A stretch of DNA of 64,000 bases from Macrostomum lignano (GCA_002269645.1 NIVC01003127.1:1-64000); one strand, 5' to 3'; positions 38,480-51,040 are shown, counted from the first letter of the stretch. Notes: generated from the sequence alone by a model not told the origin. Translations and numbers: made by a program.

Positions 38480-39445
38480 CAGAGGTAAACTTCCTGAACA
38501 CCATCATCTTCTAGGACCGTGAGGGTGACAACAAGAGCCTAGCAACCAAGGTGTATTTCAAGCCCATTGAAAGCTAAGCCCTCATCCACTATGGCTCTTT
38601 CCATCCTAAGCGGACTTTCCAAGGCATGGTGAAGTCACAGCTCTTCAGGTATGCCCGATGGTGCTCCCAGATGGCCGACTTTGACATAGCATACACCGGG
38701 CTGATGTCGAATCTAGTGTAGCACCAAGGCTACAGCCGGCACTTTCTCTGCACCATCAAGTATCACATGCTGATAGAGCTAGGCTTCTATCCAACCAAAT
38801 GGTGGGAGTTTGGCTTTCTGCCATGCAACCTGGCCCAACTCTGCAAGTGCTGCCAGGCACACACCCAGTTCAATACCATCTGTCCTAGTTTGGCAGCCAC
38901 CACTGTCCAGATACTCATCAGCCAAAGGATCAACTGTAATGCCACAAATGATGTCTATGCCATGTTCTGCCACCAATGCAACCACACAGTATATGTTGAT
39001 GAGACTACCAACAGCATCCACAGTTGCATGCTGGTGCACATTGGCGAGTCAGTGACATTTGGTATACCCGCAACACTCTAGTGGCACGCCACTTTACTAG
39101 TGATGGCCACAGTCTAATGGACTTTGCCTTCACTGGTATCTGGACATGCAATGGCACAGGACCCAGAGTTAACAAGTGGCGTCAGCGCCAGGAGGCCAAG
39201 GTCATTGAGGTCCTAAGGACTTGTGTTCTACACAGTGCCAACAAACTTGCTAGCATGCTGCACAACCTGGCCATCCCACTGATCCTATCATACTGTGTGA
39301 CCTCTGATGCCCTGGCTGCTAATGCCAAGGTGAAGGACAGGGTGATACGGCACTGCAAGACCCTGGTGCTGCCCACTTACACCAAGGGGAAGAGCCTCCG
39401 TACTCTGCTCTGTCATATCTGGCCATGCTTGGGCGCAACCTAGGG
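38480..39445 (+). mobile_element. Penelope-like retroelement relic (RT C-terminus plus GIY-YIG endonuclease), with stops and a frameshift
   Basis: EVNFLN..I...LATKVYFKP...LIHYGSFHP.....VKSQLFRYARWCS...GYS (RT motif 7 and thumb); CKCCQAH; NC...N.VYAMFC..C...YVDET; VARHF...H; R.RQE..VI..LRT (PLE-type EN). Confidence 0.8.
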
Positions 39446-39940
39446 ATTCACCTGGCCATTTCTTTGGCAATACACATTGTAAGTCGCTATTGGACGAAAT
39501 AGTAGTCACGTGACTGCTCTCAGCCAATAGTGACATACATGTATCTGTTGCTAATAGAAATGGCCAGGTGATTCCAAAGGTTGCACATGTATGTAGCTGG
39601 CTTAATCCTGCCAACTAATTCCTTTTTCTGACGCCTATACAAAGGCTCTTCTACAGTTATTTTGTGTTCCCCTCTGTGAATTTTTTTTCATTGGCTTTAT
39701 CTTGATGTATTTTGTTTATTTTTTCTCAGCTTTTTTATTCTAAGGTTTTCAGACACTGTGTATGGTATACCTGCACTTTTTGCTCTGAGCTTTTACAAAC
39801 TTTTTATTTACCTTGTCTATTTTTTTGCCTTTTAATTTTACAGTTTTTCTCCTACACTTAAAGGTCATTTAGGCCTACTTGTACAGTTCTAGCCACCCCT
39901 CTGCATTTCTCAGAGTCTTAGACTCATTTTAATGTATTGG

Positions 39941-40343
39941 CAGTGGCGTATCTAGGATTTTGAAATGGGGGGGGGATAACTTTTGGGGACAAAATTTTTG
40001 ACTAATAAAAAAGTTTTTTTGCATTTTTTGCTTACAATATGCATTTAAAAAGTACCAAAACTGCATTTATTGGGCTCAAAAAACTTTACTTTGTTAAAAT
40101 CAAAATAAAGCCAGCAGACTTAAGTACTAAATATGACATTTTAGGAACAAGAGATTCGCCGAGATAATCATTTAAAACATTTTAATAGTAACTACTGGTA
40201 AAATAGGCCGATTTTGGCAATTTTTCTATGTCTATGCTATTGCATATTGCATTTTTTTCAAAAAAACTCATTTTTGTTTCCTATAAATCATAAAAATGGG
40301 GGGATATATCCCTGTATCCCCCCCCCCCTAGTATATGCCCCTG
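39941..40343. mobile_element. hAT-type MITE with 8-bp TSD
   Basis: TIRs CAGTGGCGTATCTAG and (revcomp) CAGGGGCATATACTAG; TGTATTGG duplicated at 39933-40 and 40344-51. Confidence 0.85.
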
Positions 40344-40849
40344 TGTATTGGCCATGCACATACATACGCAACCTCCAAAATTCAGTTGGCCGTGATACTT
40401 TTTTTAACAAAAATACAACATAGGTTTTGGCCAAAAATGTGACTTACATATAAAAGGAACCTTGAAGCAAAATTAACGCAAATTTGGGTAAACGGCAAGA
40501 GTAACTATGACTGTCTTATTAAGGTAAAATGCCTTGTCATCTACTTAGTACTACTTAAGTATTTATTTGGGTGGGCATTTTTGCAAATTACCTTGGTTAG
40601 CCAGCAAATCAGTCAGCTTACTATTGCGCATGTATGCTTGCTTACAGCCCTGACAAAGAATTTACCAAATTTGAAATATCCAAGTCCTTTCTACCATGTC
40701 AATGCCTGGAATTGGAGGTGACCTCCTTTCTCTTTGAAAACTATATAGAAATCTAATTATATACAATTATTTTTTAACATTAATTTAATTTTTTTTAAAT
40801 ACCAAGAATTTATAATAAAGGCCTAGCCTATAATAAACAAAAACTTTAT

Positions 40850-41600
40850 AGGAAACTCTTTCATACGAAACTTGTTTGCAATTTCAGTATATTTTTTAAA
40901 GAATTATTACTTTTGGCATATATTGGCATGTATATAGCTAAGATAGGATTTGAATACTGACATGCATGACTATGATCTAGATGGGTACCAATCATTTTAT
41001 TGATAAACTTTAGGATAATAGACACTTGGACAATTTGGCAATAATTTAGGGACAAATGAACTATTGGTAACAATAATCACTATGTTACATCAGCAACAAA
41101 ATCTACATAGACATTTGGCAAAAGCCTATAATACAAATGGATAAGTAAGGTTTGATTTGATAAAAAAAATATTTCTTTGAATTTTACTTAAAAAAGATGT
41201 TAGCCAATTATGCAAATGTATGAATTTATTAAAATGTATGAATTTCCTGATAGACTAGACAAAATTCAAAACAAGTGTCAATAAATGTAACTTTATAAAA
41301 ATTTATCTGTTTAAACCACTTTTAGCAAGTATTTATAATAGTTTTGTAAAGACAATAGAATAAACTTCAACTTTTTAATGAAATGAAAGAATGAGATATA
41401 TAGACTCAAAGATACTTTCACTTTATTCCTTTAACTGCCTAAATTTTATAGACTGTTGCAACTGATATAGATCAGTTTAGATCAGATAGCCATGAAATTT
41501 TTTTATTAATAGTATAAAGAATTATTTCAAGGCAACAAAGCAATAGTTACATCTTTTTATTAAATCTATATACTTAAAGATTCATTGAAATTGCCTAAAA
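40850..41600 (+). mobile_element. Possible highly degraded LINE RT relic
   Basis: Traces of YID..AKAY.T (compare IDFSKAFD) near 41105-41135 and QG....F..IYI.D near 41530-41580, broken by frameshifts. Confidence 0.22.
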
Positions 41601-42316
41601 TTGTTGGAATTTGTTGCCAAAGTGATTATCACTAAAATATCTTGTTGTTGAATTGTCTATTACCAATATGGCCTAATATAATAAAAAAATCATATCTAAT
41701 AAAAAATTGAATAATAAAGAAAAGAAAATTAGAAAAGAAAATAAAATAAGAAATAAAAAGGATACAATAAGACAAGTAAAAAACAGGTAGCAATTTAGTC
41801 CATACTCCTAAAGATGCTATTTTTTGGGGGAAATTGTTCTGTTTAATAAGATCTTAGCCCTTAGGCAATCTAAGATCTTAGATTCTCATGTACCACATGC
41901 ACAACATGCATCAAGGAGTTAACAAAGTTTTTTAGTATGCTCCTTGCAGCAATGCATGCTATTTTTAGTATGCCACCACTGCCAGAGTCAATGACAGAGT
42001 ATTGTGACCATTCAGGAATTTTTTAGGTCTTTAAACATGATGTGATATTTCATTTTTGATAGAAGTTTTTTATGATAACTTTAAATGTGGGTATGAGTAC
42101 ATATGGGTGACACATTTGCATAGAATATTTTCATCGAAACATTTAACCTAATGGACATATAGTCTGGTATTGCAAAATTATAAAATTTGATTGTTTTAAA
42201 AAAATAAGGCAATTAATAAAACAAGTCATTGATATAACAATAATTGTAAGCTATACAATATAAATATTATTCAGCTGTATTAGTTATATGTGTATCATTC
42301 ATATAATGAAAATTTT

Positions 42317-42450
42317 GGTCACTTTGCCAACAAAGCAAATGGGAAGGACCTAAGCATTGGTCACTTTGTTAACTAGTAAAGTTGCCCCAACAGTTTGGTC
42401 ACTTTGTCAACCGAGTTGACAAAACGCCAGTTGACGAAATGACCATCACC
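42317..42450. repeat. Short direct/inverted motif array (ggtcactttgtcaac x3 facing gttgacaaaa / gttgacgaaatgacc)
   Basis: Three direct copies followed by inverted copies, as in MITE subterminal motifs. Confidence 0.55.
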
Positions 42451-43709
42451 CAAAAAATATTCTCATATGCACAGTGCATACTTGGGAGTATAGACTTCAA
42501 TAAAGAAATACTGAAGTAGGCCTATTTAAAATAGCTTTTTTAATCTTGTATAGGACAAGGTAGCAGTGGTTCAATAAAAGGGTAGGGGTAGGGGCAACTA
42601 CCCCCTTAGACAGAGGCCTAAAAAAATTAAAAGGGAACAAAAGACCAAGCAAATTTTTGCCAAAAACAGAGCCATCACAGCATCCCAACCCCACTCTTCC
42701 CTAGGTCTTTACCCTCCAGCTCCAGAATCTGCCCCTTCAACAAATTTCTAGTTGCACTTTTGCAAGTTAGCTAAAAACAACATTGCAATTTTAGGTTTAG
42801 AAACATCAAGCATACATACTCGCTATAGGCCTATCAAGTAGTATCAATCAACTATAAAGGCCTAATGTGGGAGTGGAAGTATACTTCACTTAGTCAATTT
42901 AAAAAATTATAAAAAATTCTTAAAGATTTTGTTTTTGGCTAGGGGCCTATAGCCTAGGACATGATTAAATGTTTTTTTAAAAGGTAAATATGAATTTTTT
43001 TTAAAAACTTTACTTTCTGTTTCATTAAATAGAATGGCCAAAATTATGTTCATATATGTATGTCCAGCATTCTTGAACAAAGATGCTGTTTTAGTGAAAA
43101 CTCCTATCACAAGGGGCTAGGCCTACTACTATTTGGGGCTACGTAACAAAGTCCGAGGCAGTCATCTCGCAATCTGCGTGCATGATAACTGACGTGCAGT
43201 GGCCGACGCGTGCGGTAAAGCTTAAAAGCTGGACGTACATGCAACATGCGTAACATGCGTTCTGTTAAAACGAAAGTTAATTTATACGTTCTAAGAAACG
43301 CTCCCAAACTTGTCCGGGCTTAAAATAGTTATTTAAGTAAAACAAAATACAAGGGCAAGACTTATTTATAAACTTATTCAATTTTTCAAAAGGTGCACTT
43401 CTTATAAATAAAAAACTATATTGTTTGCATGTAAATCCTAAATACAGAGTTAACCAGAAACAACTAAGCTATCGGCTGGGCAATTCTGTGTGTATTGATT
43501 TGAATATTGTAAACCATCGAATGTGATAGAATATGTGATACATTGATAGGTTCAGCCTTTTTAAACCCTTAATCGAAGGCTTTTTGAGCCTCAGAGAATA
43601 GAAACTAATCACTTAATACTATTGCCTCACACTACAAGCTGTCAATATATAGTCAGCCGGCCTTAGCTTTCGTACACGTATATAATACTGCTGTACATAG
43701 TCCTTAGAT

Positions 43710-44029
43710 CAGGGGCGGATTTAGCCCGAAATGGCTTGATAGAACATATTGCGCCCCCCCCCCAAACACCTAAAGTTGCATGCACCCTTTAAACTTGATT
43801 AAAGGGCGCAATAATTTTCGTAATTTTTTTGCAAAAGGCGGTAAAATATATGGGCGGTAAATTTTCGCCCCCTGCACGCATTTTTAATTTCACCCCTACA
43901 TGATTTGTTTTAATTTTTCGCCCGGCCTACACGCATTTTCTTCGCCCCTAGCTTAATTGGCGCGCCCCTCATACTCATGTATCTAGGCGCCCCAAACTGT
44001 GATCCTCTGGAATTCTAGATCCGCCATTG
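43710..44029. mobile_element. MITE with CAGGGGCGGA-type TIRs
   Basis: CAGGGGCGGATTTAG ... CTAGATCCGCCATTG; no matching TSD seen. Confidence 0.6.
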
Positions 44030-44659
44030 GTCCAGCTGGTATCATCATGTCAGATGTACAAATTGTAAATAGCATTTCAAGCAAGTCCACCCAGCCCAAT
44101 CAAAAACTTAGAGGCCCTTTAGAGATCATCTCTATTTATCCCTTATCTCTATTTAGAGATAGAGAGCTAAATAATGTCGCGATGGAGGGATTCAGAATTC
44201 AGCAGTAAATTTGAGCTCCAATAATCAGCAGAAAAAATCAGCAGTTTACAGGTGTGCATTAAATATCTACATGTACCAACTGGCCTTGTGATTTCTTGTA
44301 CCGTAACAAATTGAGATTAGCTGATTGGCTGAGCGCGGATTTCCATTCAAACCCGTTGCCAGTAAAAAAGTGACTGAGCGGTCATAGTCGCAGTGTCATC
44401 AAATTTTGATACCCCGGCCATATAATTTATGAGTTAAGTAAGAAGAGCAGCTGCCAAATCAAAAATCAAATTAAAAATATACCTTTGATCGGGGATAATG
44501 AGGAGACTGCAATGGGATAATCCTTGTGAGTATTTACAACTTTGGGCTTACACTGTATAAAATAAAATGCATGCACAATTATGAAAAGAAAACTTTTACC
44601 GCTCAACACAGCAGTGTATTTCAAAATACAGAGTAACATGTTTTGCATGCGCTAAATTA

Positions 44660-45386
44660 CGAGGTGTTTAAAAAGTTTTAGTACTTTTTCACATGACTCT
44701 TGATGCAAGAGTGATGACAGCAACTGATTTATTTTATAGCGGCTTTTTTACAAATGAAACAGTGAAATAATTCTGAAAATATCACGATTTGAACTTTTCA
44801 CGAACGTTAACTTTTCAAAAGTTATGCCTTCTTAACTGCAGTGGGGCACTGCATCTCAATACATAAACAGGAACTGGAACTGAACTCCAATTTTGAAATC
44901 TAACAGAAATTAACCAAATTCAAACTTGTGCGAAAAATCTCTAGCGTGTATTACGTCATCACTTTTATATCTACGAGCGTATATGGTACAAGTGGATCAT
45001 TTGCTTCGGCTTGTGTGGCAGATGCCATTGATGGCATGCTTATCCGGTGGAAGAAATGCATCCAACTGAAGGATGACTACGCCGTCCAGCAGGTGGAGGT
45101 CGACGCTGAGCAGCGGCTTATTGAGAAGGTCTCAGCTGCCACTGAGGAAGATATTTGATTTTTTTTGAAAGACAATTAAGAAAGCAAGCACTGACTTACT
45201 CATGTTGATGTTTCCTGGTGCTCCATATGCAGCATCCAAGTTCCTGTTCATGTATTGAGATGCAGTGCCCCACTGCAGTAAATGAGGCATAACTTTTGAA
45301 AAGTTTGTGATATTTTCAAATGTTACTCTTCTGACTGTTAAAAAGATTCATGTGAAAAAGTCCGAAGACTTTTTGGACAGCCCTCG
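44660..45386 (+). mobile_element. Mariner deletion derivative
   Basis: TA|CGAGGTGTTTAAAAAGT ... ACTTTTTGGACAGCCCTCG|TA. Inner inverted block 44817-44880 / 45236-45305. Internal AIDGMLIRWKKCIQLKDDY resembles the mariner transposase C-terminus (GI..L..RW.KC....GDY). Confidence 0.8.
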
Positions 45387-45864
45387 TAAAAGAATGCGAT
45401 AATCTTCACACTAACCCAGATCAAATTCAATCATTTTTGCTTTTACTATCTACGCAGTGTATTTTTTGACGAAAATGGATCTCCAAAAAAGTACACGATC
45501 TTTGAGTAGTGTAGTGTCCTGATGTACTGATGTACATAGTGGTCCTTGATTCTACCCGAAGTTCTCAGTTTCCTACATTTGAAATTGCTGAATTTACTCA
45601 GTTTCTTTCTTGACTAGCGGATGCTTAGCAGCAGAAAGGGCATGAGAAGCACTGATGCATGAGACGATCGTCTTTTGTGTGACTTAAAAAACTTGTGAAT
45701 TTCCCTTATTATATGACTTCTCACAAATTTTTTCCTTGAGTTGCAATTTGCGCGTGCCGAGAGTCTCTAAAAAGTACTGCAAAATATTTTTTAGAAAAAT
45801 TTTTATGAATTGCTATCATAGTTGCTAATTCCAATGTAGGTCTCAAATGAAGTCTGAGTTGATG

Positions 45865-46470
45865 CGAGGCCATCCGGCAGTGCGCCATGATCGGAGGCGA
45901 GCTGCTCAACTCGTACAGCTCTCTGATATACTTCTTAGCGGCATGCCGAGTTTCGCCAGCAGTGACTGCCTCTTTTGGCTCGGAGTGACCGACTTAGCTG
46001 ACGAGAGATCTTCGAGCAGATCGGGCTGGCAGATGGTCAACGACAACGGCGTCATGCCACTGAACAACTCACTTTGGACTCAGCCGACTGAGCCGAATGG
46101 AGCCACCGATGAGAACTGCCTGTTGCGCTCATCTCCAGGAAAATTCGAAAATGTGTTTTGTTGGGCTTTGTTCGGGTTCGCTTGCGAGTGGACTCCGAAT
46201 GCCGCTCAGCCGCTGCCGACTGCTGCCTCGTGGAAGCTGACTCCGTTCAAGCGAACCAGCTACCATGCCAGCACTGAGTACTGCTAATATGACCTGCTGC
46301 AGGCGGCCAACTCGCTGCAGTGCATGGCGGCTGCCATCAACTCTGGCAACTGCAGACACGTGCTGTACAACAGCAAGCTGAGAGCCTGCCGCCTGCTGCT
46401 GTTCACCGACGCTCAGGTGGAGGAGGAGATCGAGACGAGCGCCGACTGGGTCAAGTTCAGCGTGTTTTGA
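45865..46470 (+). pseudogene. C-type lectin/PAN-like pseudogene (copy 1)
   Basis: Colinear with 51355-52107 and 55912-56661 but lacks the signal-peptide region, has an indel near 45877, and has TAA at 46285-87 where the paralogs have TAC. Confidence 0.85.
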
Positions 46471-47829
46471 GCTTTTTGAGATAATATCGTTTTTATCGCA
46501 GACTCACAATCGAAAATTGAAATTTGGCCATAATCGATGCGCAGCTGAGAGCGGATTTGCTTGCGAGTGAATTTTACGTCCCCTGAGTTACAATCTGATT
46601 TTGCTACGTGGGACCGGACTCAGCGTGTTTTGAGTTTGTTAAGACGCTGTTTTTTATCGCAAAGTGAATTGTGCACAGATTCTGTGGTAAAAATATTTTA
46701 ATCGACGTACGAGCAACTGAGTAAAATGTAAATTTCTGTTTCTTTTTACCTATTCAGCGTCCTACGCTGTGCTTTAAAAGAATATATCATTTTTCTTACC
46801 GATTATTATTAAGCATCTCTCTAACTGTCACATTGTCGTAAAATTTCTAAACTAATCTCTTTTAAAACTTCTGCATTCTGATCTGTTCTGTATTTCTGCA
46901 CAGATTTAATCGATACGTAATCACCCATTTTTACTCAATGATAGAGCTATTCACAATTAATTCTGTCGCTCTCTTAGCTAAATCTTACTTTGTTGCGTAG
47001 TTACGTGAGCGATTTTGTTTTTTATGGGGGAAACTTTCGATCGATCGTTAGCTTATTTCGGTTATTACGTGTGCACTCGGAATATCATAACGGCCGTTGT
47101 TAGTTCGAGACATTTGCCCTCTTATTTTGCTTTATTAAATTTACGAGCTTTACCGCAAGCGCTCATGATCATATCTCCTCTGGACTCGAGGCATATATAT
47201 GTACTTTCAAGTAATGTTCTATAACTGAGCACAGCTATTTGTGACTTTTCATGTTATTAACCCTGCAAAAATCAGTGCAAAAAACAAAAATTAACACTTC
47301 TACTTGGCTGAGTCTATTTTCAATTGGTGAGCGAATAGAATTTTTGATTACCGATTTAAAACTCTGTGACTGCCGATGCTTCATAGATTGAAATAGGGAG
47401 ACTGGAAAGTCACATTTCGCTCTATCTAATGTGTATGATTATGCAAATGCAGCATTTAATTAACCTTTTCGGTTATGCAACGTGACTGAAATTAATTCTG
47501 TAGCAACTGTACACAGTATTGAATCTACAAAATTACCTTTACAAGTCTTCACCAAGAAGATCCTGGTGATTTCTTCACTATTATTTAATAGCTCACAACT
47601 TGTCTTGGCAAGGATGCTGAGTTTAATTGGGGAACGGTGTAGCTCTTTGGTGGGCTTTGACTGGTCAGCTTCATCAATGAGCGTTACGCCTCAGCGATAA
47701 AGTCCATCCCTTAACGATACCAGAACACAGAAAAACAAAATAGGCTGTCAAGTGGGTTCCTTAGTTTAATAAATAATTATAATGCACGTTCTTGGGGTAG
47801 AAAAAAGTCGAATGCTCTCCTGTCCTCAC

Positions 47830-48015
47830 CGGTAGGGTGACCGGTAGGGTGACCGGTAGGGTGACCGGTAGGGTGACCGGTAGGGTGACCGGTAGGGTGA
47901 CCGGTAGGGTGACCGGTAGGGTGACAGCGTCAGCAGCACCTCCTGTAGCGACTGTGGGTGGTACTTGTACGACTCGGTGTGGATGATCTGGCCTGCCGAC
48001 TGACGAGTGACGTTG
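47830..48015 (-). CDS. Isolated coding exon of an unidentified gene, ending in (SPYR)8
   Basis: Acceptor ttttgtatcttcag, donor CG|gtgagg, GC-rich open frame NVTRQSAGQIIHTESYKYHPQSLQEVLLTL(SPYR)8. Confidence 0.5.
47831..47926 (+). repeat. 12-bp tandem repeat (ggtagggtgacc) x8
   Basis: Eight perfect or near-perfect units. Confidence 0.95.
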
Positions 48016-48998
48016 CTGAAGATACAAAACAACGCTTGGATGAACAAAATATTTTAGAAGTGAGACCCTTTCATGACAGCTTCATGCTGACCCGACATCA
48101 CTGACTGGCATGATCGATTATAAAAATCACAGCACGGGGGTGATAAAACACTTGAAGTGACCGGACCTACTTCTTTTCTAGTGCCAATGCCTCACCAAAA
48201 ATACATTTATTCTGTTTGGACTGTACGAGCGTATTTTGTGTTTTTTTGACTTCCCACTTGTTGAAGTTAGTTACATATTATTCTAGTTCTTTCTGCTTTT
48301 GTGCCAACTCAACCCCAACAGTGATTTAAAGTACATTTCAACTAGCCTTCTCTTTAGCCAATAAATTTAGCTTTCTTGAGCTTCTGTTTTTGCTCTGCTT
48401 TTGCGGGCTAGCGAAAAAGCGCTTGAACTGCTTTTATCCTTTTTAGTCATCTGTCGTCTAATCTAGATTTCTTGACTGACTAGTCAAAAATCATCCGTAC
48501 TAAAGCAGATGAGGCTGGAAACTCGCGAAAGCAAAAGAAGAGAGGCCCATGTTTTACGGTGGAGAAAATGGGACGAGTTTTTCTTGTCTTGCATTCAGCA
48601 TTTGAATCCGAATCTCAAAAAAAATTGTCAAAGAGGCCAATGATGACGTCAGCGCGAAGACTTGAATGCACGCAGGCAAAGTAGCAGCTCAGAAAGTTGT
48701 GAACGCGCTTTCCTAGCAGTTGAAGAAGCAATTAATCCCAAATATTTCAGCGTACTAAGATCTGTGAGTTACATATTTATTAAGCTCTATCCGTGCTGAA
48801 GTACGAGGCACGAACATAAAAACTTAAAAAATTCTTATGATGCTACTTTTAAAGGTTGTGAAAGTAGTGTGAGTAGCATATTTTATTATGTTAATATTGG
48901 CTATAACATTTTCGTCTGCATGGTTCTTTCAACAATGTCTAATGCAAATTTTCAGTACTGTTCTAATATATTCGGGTCAAATCAGCTTACCTTCAAAG

Positions 48999-49178
48999 CA
49001 GGGGCGGACCGAGGGGGGGGGCAAGGGGGCCATGCCCCCCCCCTCAGCTCTGCCAAAAAATCCTCAGATGTATTGGTATCATGCTGTATTGGTATCATGG
49101 TACCCTAATTTCAGCTCTGGCCTGACCAGACGTGAGGCTTGCCCCCCCCCCCTCGATAAAATCCTGGGTCCGCCCCTG
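48999..49178. mobile_element. hAT-type MITE, 180 bp, with 8-bp TSD
   Basis: Perfect 12-bp TIR CAGGGGCGGACC; CTTCAAAG duplicated at 48991-98 and 49179-86. Confidence 0.92.
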
Positions 49179-49479
49179 CTTCAAAGCGAGATATTTTCTC
49201 AGAAATTCGTAAAATATTTAAAGCAAATGAAACAACATTTTATGATCCATTTAAATTGTAAAATAACTTTTCTTTGATCCCCGAATTTTGACCGACAAAG
49301 CCCGCTGAAACTAATGCTAAAAGCTGTTTGCTTGCTATCCTGGCGAGCGACAAACAGGTGATGGGCACAGATGGAGTAGGACTGCAGGGTTCAAAACAAC
49401 AGACTTGAAGCAAATGTTTCTAAAAATAGTCGTCATGCAATCTTCACGGCTAGTTTTTATCCATTCTTAACACAAAAAT

Positions 49480-50440
49480 TCTCTGGCTAGCATTCTCTAA
49501 TTAGCATTATCTGATTAGCATTCTCTGTTTAGCATTCTCTGATCAGCATTCTCTAATTAGCATTCTCTGTTTAGCATTCTCTGATCAGCATTCTCTGTTT
49601 AGCATTCTCTGATTAGCATTCTCTAATTAGCATTCTCTGTTTAGCATTCTCTGATCAGCATTCTCTGTTTAGCATTCTCTGATTAGCATTCTCTAATTAG
49701 CATTCTCTGTTTAGCATTCTCTGATCAGCATTCTCTGTTTAGCATTCTCTGATTAGCATTCTCTGATCAGCATTCTCTGTTTAGCATTCTCTGATTAGCA
49801 TTCTCTAATTAGCATTCTCTGTTTAGCATTCTCTGATCAGCATTCTCTGTTTAGCATTCTCTGATTAGCATTCTCTGATCAGCATTCTCTGGCTAGCATT
49901 CTCTGGCTAGCATTCTCTGTTTAGCATTCTCTGTTTAGCATTCTCTGATTAGCATTCTCTAATTAGCATTCTCTGTTTAGCATTCTCTGATCAGCATTCT
50001 CTGTTTAGCATTCTCTGATCAGCATTCTCTGATCAGCATTCTCTGTTTAGCATTCTCTGATTAGCATTCTCTAATTAGCATTCTCTGATCAGCATTCTCT
50101 GTTTAGCATTCTCTGATCAGCATTCTCTGATCAGCATTCTCTGTTTAGCATTCTCTGATTAGCATTCTCTAATTAGCATTCTCTGTTTAGCATTCTCTGT
50201 TTAGCATTCTCTGTTTAGCATTCTCTGATCAGCATTCTCTGTTTAGCATTCTCTGATTAGCATTCTCTAATTAGCATTCTCTGTTTAGCATTCTCTGATC
50301 AGCATTCTCTGTTTAGCATTCTCTGATTAGCATTCTCTAATCAGCATTCTCTGTTTAGCATTCTCTGATTAGCATTCTCTGATCAGCATTCTCTGGCTAG
50401 CATTCTCTGGCTAGCATTCTCTGATTAGCATTCTCTGATT
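49480..50440 (+). repeat. Minisatellite, 14-bp unit (agcattctct + gttt/gatc/aatt/gatt)
   Basis: About 68 units with four interchangeable 4-bp endings. Confidence 0.96.
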
Positions 50441-50677
50441 AGAATCCAATGTAACAAATGTTGGTAATCTCAGTACAAAAAATATTTATCTTTGCGTTAG
50501 TATTCCACCTACTTTGAGACAGAATGCTTACATCGGATGCATTGAAATAGAAGTACGTTTTGCACAGTTAGGAAACTCACACATGTAGGTGATCTAAAAA
50601 TATTGATAGGCTCAACCACTTAAACTCAACTTCTTTGTAACTGGAAAAACTGTAAGATTTCACCAGCTGAGGTTGCA

Positions 50678-51040
50678 GCGCCATAATACACTAGAGGGGC
50701 GCCATAATACACTAGAGGGGCGCCATAATACACTTGAGGGGCGCCATAATACACTAGAGGGGCGCCATAATACACTAGAAGGGCGCCATAATACACTAGA
50801 GGGCGCCATAATACACTAGAGGGGCGCCATAATACACTAGATGGGCGCCATAATACACTTGAGGGGCGCCATAATACACTAGAGGGGCGCCATAATACAC
50901 TAGAAGGGCGCCATAATACACTAGAGGGCGCCATAATACACTAGAGGGGCGCCATAATACACTAGAGGGGCGCCATAATACACTAGAGGGGCGCCATAAT
51001 ACACTAAAGGGGCGCCATAATACACTAGAGGGGCGCCATT
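50678..51040 (+). repeat. Minisatellite, 21-bp unit (gcgccataatacactagaggg)
   Basis: About 17 units; followed at ~51155-51168 by a lone TAAATCCGCCCCTG MITE end. Confidence 0.95.

Noticed and set aside
47560-47709. TGA readthrough (selenocysteine) extending the SPYR-exon gene
   Set aside because: An open frame follows the TGA, but I see no SECIS and no redox motif.
48500-48535. Hammerhead-like cagatgag...gcgaaa
   Set aside because: The core is CAGATGA rather than CTGATGA, and no consistent stems form.
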